Shown: piece by piece, positions 12,700 to 25,909 of the stretch | Numbering within the stretch: position 1 is the stretch's first letter | How the letters are laid out: each line of letters begins with the position of its first letter | Source: Eledone cirrhosa | Taxonomy: Eukaryota | Direction: 5' to 3' | NCBI GenBank assembly: GCA_964016885.1 | Contig: OZ024742.1 | Span: 278,132,001-278,196,000 of the forward strand | DNA length: 64,000 bases | The notes under the pieces: generated by a model | Database searches by the model: none | What the model saw: the letters and a program-made list of their open reading frames with translations, nothing else | What the model was told of the DNA's origin: nothing | Made by a program: the position numbers and the translations under genes

Positions 12700-13799
12700 T
12701 GCCCTGGAATTTAGCTGTGGTGATTAACAACCCCAACATGAACCCCCTCCTTGTTCGCCATCTCCAATCTCCCTATCTTTGCCCTCTTTTGCATTCTGAT
12801 TGTTCGAGTGACTAGGCTCTGTGGAGCTTATACTCAGTGCTGTGTTTATATCCAACTATTTTTTAATTTTGAATGATCTACATATGTTGTGTTATTTAGA
12901 CGGATTGGTTTTCTACCGACATTCTCAATTCTATTTAACCCCTAGACATTCGTGAAATATGTAACCAATTAGTCTAGCCTATACGGCTAATATACATGTG
13001 TAATAACTTTGCCATTTGGATTTACAGTAACTAATATAATAAGATTGCTACAGCTCTTTCTTACTATAACGCCGACCGCTTGTGCATAGCCTGCTTTTTA
13101 TGTCATGCCTGTCTATATACTTGTTATACTCAGCTCTATCCTGTAAAAACCATAATTTGCTTGTGTATAGCTTGCACTTATGTAATACCCACCTATATGC
13201 TTGTGGAGCACCCATTGGCTACGTAATTCGGGTACCTACCAGTATACCTTGTGTATGTATAACATCGTGGGGATTCTGATTACTGTGGTCTTGCTTGATG
13301 TGCTTCAAGGGCCTCCTAATAATTATATAATTATAAGTTACGGGGATTCTATCCACTCGTTTTGGTATGAACCAGCGCTTAAATTCCTCTGGCTACTTTA
13401 TGTGCTTCAAACATTTTTCATTCTATTTTTCTTTCTTTTTTTTAAACTTTAAAAAAAATGTCTTTTTATTTTTTACTCTTTATATTATCTTTCTTTTATT
13501 TTTTTTATTTTTTATTATTTTTTTATTATTTTATTATTATTTTATTATTATTTTTTATTATTTTTAATTATGTTTTAACCATTGCCTGTATCTTTTGCTT
13601 TTGCTTTTGTGTGCCATCAATTATATCTGCATCTTGTGGAATCCGCTTGTGCCCTGGAATATAGCTGTGGTGATTAACAACCCCAACATGAATCCCCTCC
13701 TTGTTCGCTATCTCAGATCTCCCTATCTTTACCCTCTTTTGCATTCTGATTGTTCGAGTGACTAGGCTCTGTGGAGATTATACTCAGCACTGTATTTAT
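12700..13799 (+). repeat. About 150-bp direct repeat (12700-12849 and 13650-13799), pLTR-like; the second copy runs into a hammerhead
   Basis: tgccctggaat.tagctgtggtgattaacaaccccaacatgaa...gactaggctctgtggag.ttatactcag occurs twice, 950 bp apart. Confidence 0.85.
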
Positions 13800-13854
13800 T
13801 AAGCTCTGAGGAATCCTACCAAAAGGTATGGATGAAACATTGTAAGCAAATAAA
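13795..13854 (+). ncRNA. Minimal type-I hammerhead ribozyme (GUA triplet)
   Basis: tttatt aa gct-CTGAGGA(13806-13812)-atcc tacc aaaa ggta t ggat-GAAAC-att-GTA-agc a aataaa. The core is intact and stem II has 8 bp. Confidence 0.85.
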
Positions 13855-13993
13855 AACTGTTTGAGTATATAAGCGTTCTTTGGTTTCTTTTAAATATAAC
13901 GGCTCTGTTCTTGTACATTGAGCTAACACAATACTGTCATAATACAACACGATACATGTGTGTTTATGCACATATGCTCCGTGCTATACGTAA

Positions 13994-14060
<67 letters not shown>

Positions 14061-14211
14061 AGCAAGATGTATGGTAGGTCGTATATGAATCGCGATGATC
14101 ACGTCTGACCTACCAAATATGCGACGGTAGCTAGTTAAGCTCTATGCGTATAAGCAGAGCAGAAATATTAATGAAGAAGAACAAAGGAACTATTATGACA
14201 TTATAACAAGT

Positions 14212-14267
14212 TTATTGCCGACAGCCGTTTCGTCCGACCATATAGTGGGACTTTTCAAGGCGTATAA
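14212..14267 (-). ncRNA. Minimal type-I hammerhead ribozyme, U3-A8 core variant
   Basis: Minus strand reads ttatac gcc-TTGAAAA-gtcc cactatatggtc ggac-GAAAC-ggct-GTC-ggc aataa. Confidence 0.78.
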
Positions 14268-14869
14268 CATGTGATTGTAAGTTCATTATTTACATCAACG
14301 TATCACTTAAGACTAGCAGTTTGAAATTGTGGTATACATCAGCAACTCCGCTTGTATATTTGGGGCCCATATTCTAAGGGGGCTTGTAAAAGGGATGGGT
14401 TATGGGAGTTAAGAGAATTTGAAAATGGCCTACGAGTCAGGGATTGAAGGTTAAAAATTAGATAATTTATAATTTACGCATTAAAAGTAAAAGACTTGGG
14501 ATCTCGTAGAAGCACCTTAAAAAATCCCTCAATAAGTGCATAAAGCTTACCAGCCCCAATAAACTTAACAAACTAGAAGAGATTAAGAGACTAATAAAAT
14601 AAAATAAAAAAATAAAGATATAAAGTTTCCCTAAAAAAATATAAAGTTTCCCAAGAAGTTCCCTCGAGAGAAAAAAATTTATTAAGATAAAATAGACCAG
14701 TAATGCCGTGGTTAACAATGTTTATTTATAGATGATATTGTTTTGCTGAAGTACTTTTATCTTTAGTATAAATTAACTTATATTCCAAACACAAGTACTT
14801 CTGCAAAATATATTAGAGCAATATATACAATATAACATTTCTCTCTCTCCCTCTTCCCCCGTCTCTCTG

Positions 14870-14900
<31 letters not shown>

Positions 14901-14904
14901 GTGA

Positions 14905-14973
<69 letters not shown>

Positions 14974-15232
14974 CGTATATATGTGCATATTCACAAAAAA
15001 AACCGTACACACAGTAAGGCTTCATCGAATTACTGTGCAATATATACATATAATAACCGACTATCATCTTATATAATTTGATTTCAGGAATGGAAGACAA
15101 AAATATAATTAATGCACACATACATATACATACATACATGCATACATACATATATACATGCTTGTATACATACATTCCTACACATATATATACAGGCATC
15201 TACAGTATATGCTTTGCTAATTTGTTGTGGAA

Positions 15233-15267
<35 letters not shown>

Positions 15268-15294
15268 CTCGCACACACACACACACACACACAT

Positions 15295-15334
<40 letters not shown>

Positions 15335-15353
15335 GGACGATATATATATATAT

Positions 15354-16415
15354 GGACGATATTTGTTCGCAAATTTCAACTGCTAATTTTATGCAAATTT
15401 TTTTTTCTTCAGTTGTCACTCTTGTCTTCATAAAAACAGTGACCATATTTCCATTATTTATTTTCAGAATAATTGATTATGAATAATTTTGAACCTCCAA
15501 ATTTGTGGGAGAGACACGGAGTTCTTCTTGTAATCCGCGCCGGGAGGACAAATAAGGAAATTTCAGACTTTATCAGCGTCATGGAGAATGGTGGAAAAGG
15601 TCAGAAAGGAATCGGAAGATTCAGGATTCGACTACGAAGCAACATCAAAGAGGAAAACACATGATCGACGATCTGACGCCTTCAGAACGCCCGAGTTCGT
15701 CGCTGAAGTTCAGGATATCCGCAACAATCAACCTAGCAAGTCGATGCATACCATTGCAAGGGAGAAAGGCGTGAATGAAAAGCTCATTAGGCTGGTGGTA
15801 TATGAAGACATTTGCTACGTTTCATACAATATGAGGAAAGGACAATGTGTGTCAAAGGCGATGCAAGAAAAGCGACTGGAGCACGCAAAGAAGCTGCTCA
15901 ACAAGTTGAAACACCCACTGGAGCCAGACATGCTGTGGTTTTTCTCCGACGAGAAAAACTTCTGCCAAGACCAGAAGATCAACTCCCTGAACAACAGGTG
16001 GCTCGCTGTCTCATCCAAAGTGTGTGCCCAGAATCATGCAGACAAATTTTCCAGCGACAACATTGGTCTTAGGTGTCGTCAGAAGTCATGGTGACGTCAT
16101 GCCACCTCACTTCTTCCCTGAGGGCCTCAAGCTGAACACCGATGGCTACACCCGCGTTCTGAAAGACGATCTGAAGGCCAGGATCGCAAGTGCCTTTAGG
16201 GGCCTAGGTCGAGGGACAGTGACGAAGGCCTCTAGCCGGTTCCGAGGCCGCCTTGAGGCCTTCTTCAAAGCCAATGGTGGCTTTATCGAGTGAGATAGAA
16301 AGAACCAGTCATGAAGACAAACTTACCCAAGTTTGATAAATATATCTTAAAAAATAAAACTACTGTGTTATCTTTTCCTAGACAGTAATCTTGCGAACAA
16401 ATATCGTCCGCACCT

Positions 16416-16419
<4 letters not shown>
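15354..16419 (+). mobile_element. Tc1/mariner-superfamily DNA transposon, internally deleted and frameshifted
   Basis: TIRs ggacgatatttgttcgcaa (15354) and ttgcgaacaaatatcgtcc (16391-16409). Transposase motifs WFFSDEKNFCQDQKINSLNNRWLA, MPPHFFPEGLKLNTDGY and FRGRLEAFFKANGGFIE. Confidence 0.9.
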
Positions 16420-16444
<25 letters not shown>

Positions 16445-16447
<3 letters not shown>

Positions 16448-16632
16448 CCCGCTTCGGTCATGAATGACCATGGGATTTGTACCTAGAAAGTTCCCATCCG
16501 AGGAGCAACTCTCCTCTCCCCAGGCTAGTGAGGTCACAAGTAATTTCAACGCGAAATAAAGTGTCTTTCTAAAGGACTCAACGCATTACCTAGTCCAAAA
16601 ATAGGACTCACAACGTCTAGATTGCAAGCTCA
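16445..16632 (-). mobile_element. Degenerate tRNA-derived SINE
   Basis: Minus strand starts ggcttagtggttagagcg (A box), then aaagacactttatttcgcgttg, which is shared with family 1. Confidence 0.5.
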
Positions 16633-16823
16633 ACGCTCTAACCACTAAGCCTTGCACATTCACTACATACACGCAAAATATAGGCTATTGTTTTTAGCAT
16701 AACCACTCACACCACTTCTAACGTCCAGCGCACGAGGTGAGATATTCATTCGTGTGGCTTATAGTTGTATGTGCTTGTTCCATTTAATCTTGTCTCTCGC
16801 TGAGGATAGCTTACGGATTATCT

Positions 16824-18046
16824 CTTCATAGCATCCGTCATCTAATACCGCTTGACTGTCATGCTTTGTCAACGTGAACACATCGCCAATATGGAACGCA
16901 TGCTCTACCAGTTTCACTGGAACAAGCAGGCTCCGCTGGTGAGGAGATCTGTCTGCTGTCAGCACCCTTCGAGCGGAGGGCTGGGATTGCCGTGTTTGAT
17001 GATGCGCAAACATGCGCTGAGGCTGCGGCATCTCCAGGTATTCCTCACCGACCCCCAACCGGTGTGGGCACCGTTTGTGAGACAGGCTTTCCCACACTCG
17101 TCTCGCTGACGGAGCTGCAGTCCTGGGTCAAGAAAAGACCGAAAACGATGGGCGCCTGGCACATTGAATGCGCTCAGGCGCTCACAGTCCTCTGTCAAGC
17201 GGGCGCAGCAATCAGTGGAGACTCCACTTCGACATTCTATAGAGGGATTGTACGTTACAAGGGCTACGACGTGCTCGGAGAGACTCTGTGCGTCGAAGAC
17301 GATGAGCTCACCAGTCTGTTTGGTAGGACTTTCCGCCCGGGACCTATGGACAACTTCCAGAGGTCCCTGGCCTGGCAGTGCTACCGAGGAGCTCTACCGG
17401 TTCGTGACAAGATCTACAGGCACGGACGCCCCGGCAGGGATCCTTCCAAGAGGACGTGTCCAAGATGCGCGCAGGACATTGAAATAGTCCTGCACGCAAT
17501 TGTACACTGCCCGGGGGTAACCGACCTGTGGAACTATGCAGAACAACTGCTGTCGCGTATGGGACAAATCCAGTTGACTGCCGAGTCCATAGTAAGGATC
17601 AAACCGCCAGCCTCTTTCAAAAACGAAAGAGAGGCGGTTTTCCTCTGTACGGTGGCTATGGTGAAAGAAGTTATATGGTGGACGAGGTTGAGAGGACTGA
17701 GGACAGATGCCTTTCTCTCCGGACGACAATTGATTCCCTTCTTTAAATATCACTTTAGAAGGAGAATCATAGTGGAGAGAGAGGCACTGGACCCCAGTAA
17801 ATTTACTGAAAGGTGGGTGAATGAAGCGAAAATGGCCCGAGTGATTGGGCCTTCTCTGTTTATACGCCTGTAGGTTGAGGAAGAGAGCAAAAGGAAGAAA
17901 GGAGCACTTGCACAACACTTGCACATTGGGGATTTCAATTGTTGTAATTGTTTGTTTTTATATTTTTTACACGACTGTATGTAAAATTCCCGGCATGTCT
18001 TTGTATTGTCCCCTTTTCTTGTGCGCCCTTGTGGCTAATAAAGAAA
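16824..18046 (+). mobile_element. Tx1-clade LINE, 5'-truncated copy C
   Basis: Highly similar to copy B. Contains CPRCAQDIEIVLHAIVHC. Ends gtggctAATAAAgaaa-tatatct, and the 5' junction also reads attatct. Confidence 0.88.
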
Positions 18047-18239
18047 TATATCTGTTACAAACACAATTTTCAGGGCGAAACAGATTAAATCTCTAATCTG
18101 TCCGAGAGATGAAGTAGTTACTGACACGGTCTGTATATATATTCTATATCTTCCGTTTGCTTCAGGTTAAATTTATCAAACCAATGTAGTACTTCTACCC
18201 CCGTACGTAATTTTAGACACACAATTTACTGTGTTTATT

Positions 18240-18306
<67 letters not shown>

Positions 18307-18396
18307 TTATTAAAATAACAGATTAAAGTTTAACTAAAGAATCGCTGCATTCACCATTATCGAGCCCTCCTTGGATTTTATATATATATATATATA

Positions 18397-18468
18397 TCCC
18401 AAAATTGTATACACATATTTATTAAATTGCTGTTGAAGTGGGTATAACTTTTTCGGGACACCCTGTAT
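18397..18468. mobile_element. Tiny Tc1/mariner-like MITE remnant
   Basis: tcccaaaattgtatac ... gtataactttttcgggacaccctgTA. The caccctg-TA end is typical of this superfamily. Confidence 0.4.
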
Positions 18469-19235
18469 AATCACACACATGAAGATGCATATGAGTCTGT
18501 GTAATCGATTTATAGTTTCAAAAACAAGAAGAAAAGCGAAACCAAAATGGTGAGACAGCGACTTTTGGTGGGGTTGCTGGTAATATTGGTAGAGGTGAAC
18601 GATAGGTCAATTTAAATCAAACGCAAAGCAAGTTTTATTGTCATTTTTACAAGTCCAATATATTGAAGGTTTTCTTTAGTTTTCATGATAAACTAAACCA
18701 GTTTATGACTTATCTGTCATCAAACTAGACTGAATATGGTAAATGTTAATAAGTCATCTCTTATCTTCTATTTTCTCTCTTTCTTTTGCTCTGTCATTCT
18801 CTCACCCCCCCCCCTCTTTCTCTCTCTCTCTCTCTTTCTCTCTATCTATCTCTTTCTTTCTATATCTATATCTATATACACATATATACGTGTGAGCATT
18901 TATGAATATACATCTATGTGTATGAATGAATATATATAGATCCACATATATTTGTATATATTATATATATCTGTGTGTGTATATATATATATATAAATGA
19001 AAAAAAATATATATATATCCTCTCCCTTTGTATATATATATAAATATATCTCACTCATTTCTCCTCCTCTCTCATCCTTCCTTCTTATACTCCTCCCCCG
19101 TCATCCTTTATTTTCTCCCACCCCCCCTCCTCCTTTTTTTCCCAATCTCATATATCCATCTTACTTTATTTTTCATATGTTGATTTAACAATTCACTGCT
19201 CGCAAGTGTTTTTTAAGCTTCATATCATGTCTCCC

Positions 19236-19306
19236 TATTTTATCTGATGACAACGCAAACATCATCCCATGAAGATATTTGTTTTTGAAATGCGCATAAT
19301 AAAATA
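19236..19306 (+). ncRNA. Minimal type-I hammerhead ribozyme (AUA triplet)
   Basis: tattttat-CTGATGA(19244-19250)-36-nt imperfect stem II-GAAA T GCGC ATA-ataaaata. Stem I is a perfect 8 bp, and stem III contains palindromic ATGCGCAT. Confidence 0.8.
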
Positions 19307-19503
19307 CATGGAACTCTTTTAACCATCTTTTGATCTTATATTATTTATACTCCAGTCCCATAAACTGTGGAGTGCTACTTATCCGATATTTGCATTGCTT
19401 TATTCTGCTACAATAAAACTCACCTCCTACATATATATATATATATATTTATATATGATATATATATATGTTTGTATGTATTTATCTATCAATCCATCTA
19501 TCG

Positions 19504-19567
<64 letters not shown>

Positions 19568-19648
19568 CTATATATATACACACACAAACACACACACTCA
19601 CACACGCACACACACATAAACACACACACACACACATATATATAAATG

Positions 19649-19737
<89 letters not shown>

Positions 19738-19960
19738 GGCTATTCTATATCGTACGTATTTTATATATATACATAAATAAATGAGAAGAGCCACTCACTT
19801 CTTGGAGAGCGAAAGTTCTGGTCTATAATGGTGACTTACTTTTGATTTAAGTGATTATCATAAGCGTTTGCCTTGTCTAGTTTATTTATTTATACATATC
19901 CTTCTGTTTTATACACACACATATACAATCATATGCATATACATATACATCATATACATG

Positions 19961-19995
<35 letters not shown>

Positions 19996-20030
19996 ACATC
20001 TTTCTCTCTCTCTAAATATCTATGCCTCTT

Positions 20031-20092
<62 letters not shown>

Positions 20093-20829
20093 CCCTCTCT
20101 CTCCCCCCTCCACCCTCTCTCTCTGTTTCTCTGTCTGTGCCAAACGTAAGTGAAGCATTTATGCACATAAGCATTTGAATAAGTAAAGTAACTTGAGACG
20201 AGAACAAGTGGCATAGAAATCATGAACTAATAATTTATTCAAATTCAACATAAAAGGTTTGTAACAATGTATTACTACTGTAGATAATATGTTCAAGTGA
20301 TTGCTTTCAGCCATGTGGCAGGGAAAGTATGGCTTTTGCCTTTTAGTTTGACATACATTATGACATACATTAATGTTACGCGAGGACGGTTATCTAAATA
20401 TATCGCTTACTGTGACCATAACACATCACGGTCTAACTCACCTCTGGGGTGGGCAACAAAGTCATAAAGGAATATGACAGGAAATAAATACATACATAAA
20501 TACATACATAAATAAATACATACATAAACAGTATTGGTGCACCAGAGAAGTGCACCAACGCTGCAAGGCTGTCGAATCCTCAAGGGGACCCCTCATTTTA
20601 TGGACTGAGTCCTGACCTGGCCGTTAGAAAGTGAATATTTCTCTGGAGGTAGATATCAACACGTGGTATAGATTACAGAAGGGAGGCAAAGGCCGGACAT
20701 TGGGCGAGTACCATATCTGCTAGAAAAAGCAGTTAGCACCTGCCTAATGTTCAATGACCGAACGATTTAAAATAATCATTTAGTCAGAGGTAGTTATCAA
20801 ATTATAAATGCGAGGAAAGAATTACCTGC

Positions 20830-21630
20830 GCACATCTCGGGATTTCTCGACGGACGGCACTTCCATGCCTGAAGTGTTTATCTCAAACTATAAATACTCA
20901 CCGAAAGTTATCCATGGTCCCTGACCCGAAAGTTTTCCGAATGAGAGCGGCTAATTATTCGGCTTCTACACTCACGGTTTCCCAAAGAACGTCGTGGATT
21001 TTACCCGCCATTAACCCTCTATAGAACGCCAAGGTGGAATTTCCTCTGATCACAGTGAGCGCTGAAGACATTCCAGTTTCAAGCCCTCCCATTGGGTTTT
21101 TGCTTGACCCAGAACTGTATATCTGTTAAGGAGACGAGCTGGGGAAACTTGCCTGGTGAACGGCGACCACATATGTTCAACGCTAAGGAAAAGATGGAGA
21201 TGTAGCTTCAGCGCATATTTTTGCATCATCAGCCACGGTATTTCCAGTCATCCACGTGGTGAGTGTGACAGCAAATGGACTTCTTGATCATTGAAATGCG
21301 ACCTTTCAACAAGAAGTGAAAGAGCAGTACACTCAGACGGGACTTAGTACAAGGCACGGTGGTCAGGTAGGAATAGATGAGGGACACAGTGTACGTGTTT
21401 GTCACCTCTGCCCGACCTTTCCGGGACAGCTTCCTCTCGGCCCATTTCATCACCTCGTCCCAGTGTTTGTCTTTCTGGGTGTTTGGACCGTACCAGATCT
21501 CGAGAAATTTAACAGCTCCATCTGTCCAGAACCTGACGACGCTGTTGGACTGCATAAAATTGCCTCACCAGGTGTCGAGCTACAGGCTCAGCGACATTTC
21601 CTGATTAATTTTTGCTCCTGTTAGCGCATT
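20830..21630 (-). mobile_element. Diverged Tx1-clade LINE fragment
   Basis: WTDGAVKFLEIWYGP...KWAERKLSRKGRAEV is homologous to the copy B region at about 3495-3660. Confidence 0.7.
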
Positions 21631-21659
21631 GTATTCCTTAGGATGAGCAAGGTCAATCA

Positions 21660-22340
21660 CCTCAATTGTTGGTGCTCAACAGCACTACTTTTATTACGGA
21701 AGGTAGATTGGGCTGCTGAAACAATTGGAGTTCACAGAAATGAGAAAAAGACGGAATATATTACATACAACCAGAACACTAAATGTGTCACAAGAGTTGA
21801 CGATTTTAGGTATCTTAGATCGGGGATCAACATCTCAGATAAAGACATAAGTGCTAGAATTAACTCTACCTGGATCACTACATTGAAATGAATGTAATTA
21901 GGAAATCAAATTTGAACAATAAACTAAAGGTTAAGTTCTTTTGATCAACAGTTAAAAGTGTGCTTGTGTATGGACCGGAGTGCTGGACACTCACAACAGA
22001 AATGGAAAGATGGTTAGATGGCACATATACAAAGCTACTGAGGAAAGTGCAAAATGTATCTTCGAGTCTTTATACGGCGAATTGAGACCGATTAGAGACG
22101 TCATAAGGACTCGATCTCAGTATGGGGAAGAGATCAGGCAGATGCATTACACCAGTTAGGGCTTTGGGAACCCAACATGATAAAAGAACAATATGTTGAC
22201 CTCATGCCATGTTTCTGGAGCGGGTTTGTAAAGACACGAATCTTAGAAAGAATGAGCTCGCAGATGCCATGTTGGATAGGGACAAGGGGAGAAATATAAT
22301 TATCAATGTTGTCCGAGGAAACTAGACATGATGACGATGG
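21660..22340 (+). mobile_element. RTE-type LINE 3' fragment, degenerate
   Basis: KTEYITYN, VDDFRYL, KDISARI, then VKSVLVYGPECWTLTTEMERWLDGTYTKLLRKV. Ends in a short (TGA)n-like tail. Confidence 0.7.
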
Positions 22341-22738
22341 GGATAATTGTATATACATATACATACGTATGTGTATAAGAGCGTATAAATAGAAAAATGA
22401 TTGAGGAAAAACAAGCCATGGCGCCGAATGCATAGAAACGAGCATATAAACGTGAAATAGGAATTAATTAGATTAATATCGCTAATAATTAGAACATTCA
22501 TTATCTATCTTGCTAATTCTGGTAAAAAAAGGAAAGGGAGATAAATCCAAAATTTTAATTAATTAAAATTAAACAGTGAATGTAGTGGATGGAATGTTAT
22601 TGGGGTTCTGATGATGAAAGGTGCCAGAAAACTGGATAAATGCAGACCAAGAAATATGCAGACATATACATACATACATTCTTGTATACATATAATTATA
22701 TATATATATATATACATACACACCCACACACACACATT

Positions 22739-22770
<32 letters not shown>

Positions 22771-22814
22771 GTAGCACTAAGACAACGTTTAAGCCTAACA
22801 GAGGTGTATACATG

Positions 22815-22896
<82 letters not shown>

Positions 22897-22900
<4 letters not shown>

Positions 22901-23121
22901 TAAACGGAATAGAAAATGCTGACAAATTGTTGACAGTTGAAAAATGGTTTAATTAGGAATAAAAGAGTGTTAGTGATTGTATGGGTTAGTATTCAGTTGT
23001 GGTTTTAAGTTTAAACCACAACTGAATACTAACCCATACAATCACTAATACTCTTTTATTCCTAATTAAACCATTTTTCAACTGTGAACAATTTGTCAGC
23101 ATTTTCTATTCCGTTTACCAA
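22897..23121. repeat. Near-perfect palindrome (arms about 110 bp, loop about 5-7 bp) embedded in (TA)n
   Basis: ttggtaaacggaatag...gttgtggttt / aaaccacaac...ctattccgtttaccaa. Weaker arm homology continues at about 22797-22815 and 23131-23152. Confidence 0.92.
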
Positions 23122-23156
23122 TATATAATAACTTGTGTGTTACACCTCTATTCTTT

Positions 23157-23276
<120 letters not shown>

Positions 23277-23323
23277 ATAGAGAAATGGCTTCTACAGCAC
23301 TAGTACTATTTCATTCGGGGGAA

Positions 23324-23460
<137 letters not shown>

Positions 23461-23806
23461 TGTGCGTGTGTGTGTGTGAGTGTGAGTACGATTGCTTAGT
23501 TTTGCCTAAATTAATGCAAATTGTGTTTATAGATATGAAACAATCAGAAGAAGCCTGTACCAGCACGTCATCACGTCTAAATTATATTTTACATACGGAA
23601 ATGGAAATTTACTATGATACATTTACATATTCTGATTGGGAAGATTGAGTAGAAATTTTCATAAATCTGTCATGAAAATAGCAATAATGAAAGTTTCAAA
23701 TAAATATAAAAGCATATGTATATTTTGTAGGTATATATTACTACATTACATCCTACTTATATGCGTGAATATACAAATATATTCGAATATATGTATGTTA
23801 TGTATG

Positions 23807-24175
23807 CAGTGGCGGATTGGCCAGGTTGCCCACGGTAGCATAGCAAGAGTCCACAGTAGCATTCCAGGTCCCACTGTAGTATTTTAGGGGCCAATGCTTT
23901 CCTTTCAAATTATAATTGAAATCTATGAGAAAGAATAAGATTTAAAAAAAATTAATAAAACAATTAAGCAAAGCATTTGGTCAACCAATTCCCCCATAGT
24001 GCAAATACCTGGAATCAGTGGCTGTACATTCTACTAAATCTAAAGCTTGGTGTATTCATTCATGCATGCAAACATACATATATATACAGACACACAAGCA
24101 TATATATATATAAAAGGGAAAAAAAGATTTTTCTTGCTAATAATCGTCCTTTTCTCCCTGTTTTCATATATATAT

Positions 24176-24222
<47 letters not shown>

Positions 24223-24438
24223 GAAGAATCAGTGATGAATCGAAACAATTTATTAACGTATTACAATTGTTTCTCCGGCGCATCTCACCAATCTTACTAC
24301 CAATATATATATATGTATATATATATATATTGATATACTTACACACGAACGACTGACCAAATAATATTTGGTATCAAAAGGTAAAAGACATCTGTCAAAT
24401 CAATTAGTGGTGAAGGTGGTGTATATATATAGAGATAG

Positions 24439-24522
<84 letters not shown>

Positions 24523-25410
24523 TGAGTGAGTGTGAAAAACCAAAGGTCATAATTGAAAGTCTCTAGATTTCGCAAAATACATAATATTTTTTATTGGAGA
24601 AGTTAAGATATTTTTCTTACAAGTAGATAGAGATAGATAGATAGATAGATAAATAGAGAGGGGGGGCGGAGAAATCAGGTGCAACAGAAATGAATCATGG
24701 ATTACAGGTTAAAATATAGTCTAGATAGATGTGAAATAAAACGAGGATGTAGTTTATGGAACACCCAAATGATTTAGAAGTCGACCATAAGTAGGAGCAA
24801 TAACATTAAGAAAGACATGAACAACACCACAGCACTTTGTTTTGAAAATTTTGAAAGTAGGTTTGTAAGTATGAATTTTCAGAAAATGTCGTAGTTCTCT
24901 CTAGAGACGATGGAGATCCTGGTCAAGCGGTACATCTAACCATTTTCAGTTTTTATTTTACAACCAATAGGAAAAAAACTTCCCGAATCCTACTCCCGAT
25001 CAGGATCGAACCTCAGAACAGGATCACCACAGTCTACGATTCCTCCAACTAGGCAACCGAGACAGCTACAACAGTTTTAATGAAAAATTATAATTATAAA
25101 CCTACTTTCAAAATCAAAGTTAAAAAGATTAGGTTTCATTCAAGGCTTTCCTAGAGCTATTAGTAATATTTAGAGTCGACTTCTGGTCATTATTGAAAGT
25201 CTCTGGATTTCGCAAAATACATAATATTTTTTATTGAAGAAGGTAAGATATTTTTCTGCAAAACTTTGATTGCACTGTTTTGTTTCCACTTATGTATTTT
25301 TCGAAAATGTAATTTATTCATTATAAAAATTAAATGATATAGCATTCTATATGTAGGTGAGCCCCATTCATCTCTTGGCAACACATATTTTTAGACCCCG
25401 TCCGCCACTG
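23807..25410. mobile_element. Non-autonomous hAT-like DNA transposon
   Basis: 10-bp TIRs CAGTGGCGGA (23807) and TCCGCCACTG (25401-25410), with the 8-bp flank TATGTATG on both sides. Internal 73-bp direct repeat at 24545-24617 and 25185-25257. Confidence 0.55.
24993..25063 (-). pseudogene. tRNA-derived sequence (Tyr-like pseudo-tRNA)
   Basis: Minus strand has an acceptor-like stem tctcggt/atcggga, A box TTGCCTAGTTGG and B box GGTTCGATCC. The anticodon arm is degenerate. Confidence 0.55.
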
Positions 25411-25909
25411 TATGTATGTATGTATGTATGTATGTATATATGTATGTATGTATGTATGTATGATAAAAGCTTCACGGCACAGGCATTGCTTTGTATCTGG
25501 AGATCTCTCTGCACTTGTCGTCACATGGTACCATGGGCCCAGCACTATGTGTCAATAATTGTCACAAGTGTAGTGTTTGTACCAGAGTTTTCAAGTCGCT
25601 GGCTGGACTAAAAAGTCCCACTCGTTCAGCGCTTCGGTAGGAGTTCTCCTACATGGATATAAAGTAGTGGCCGTACTCGAATACGAGTTGGCAGCCACCA
25701 TGTATGTATGTATAATTAGAAATGGTGCTCTGAAATAGCGATATATATATGAATGTATATATAGTGTATTTTGCAATACACTGTATGCTTAATAAAAAGC
25801 ATTTTGAAGACCATACGTTATTGTTTTAAAATAGTGACAATGTCACTTAGTTAAATTTTCAGCAAACAGTGGAGATAAACTGACATAGTTCTGTTTCGTA
25901 CTTTTTGGA

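Noticed and set aside
20530-20760. Structured GC-richer block, possibly an RTE 5' UTR
   Set aside because: No second copy or diagnostic motif in the window to support the call.
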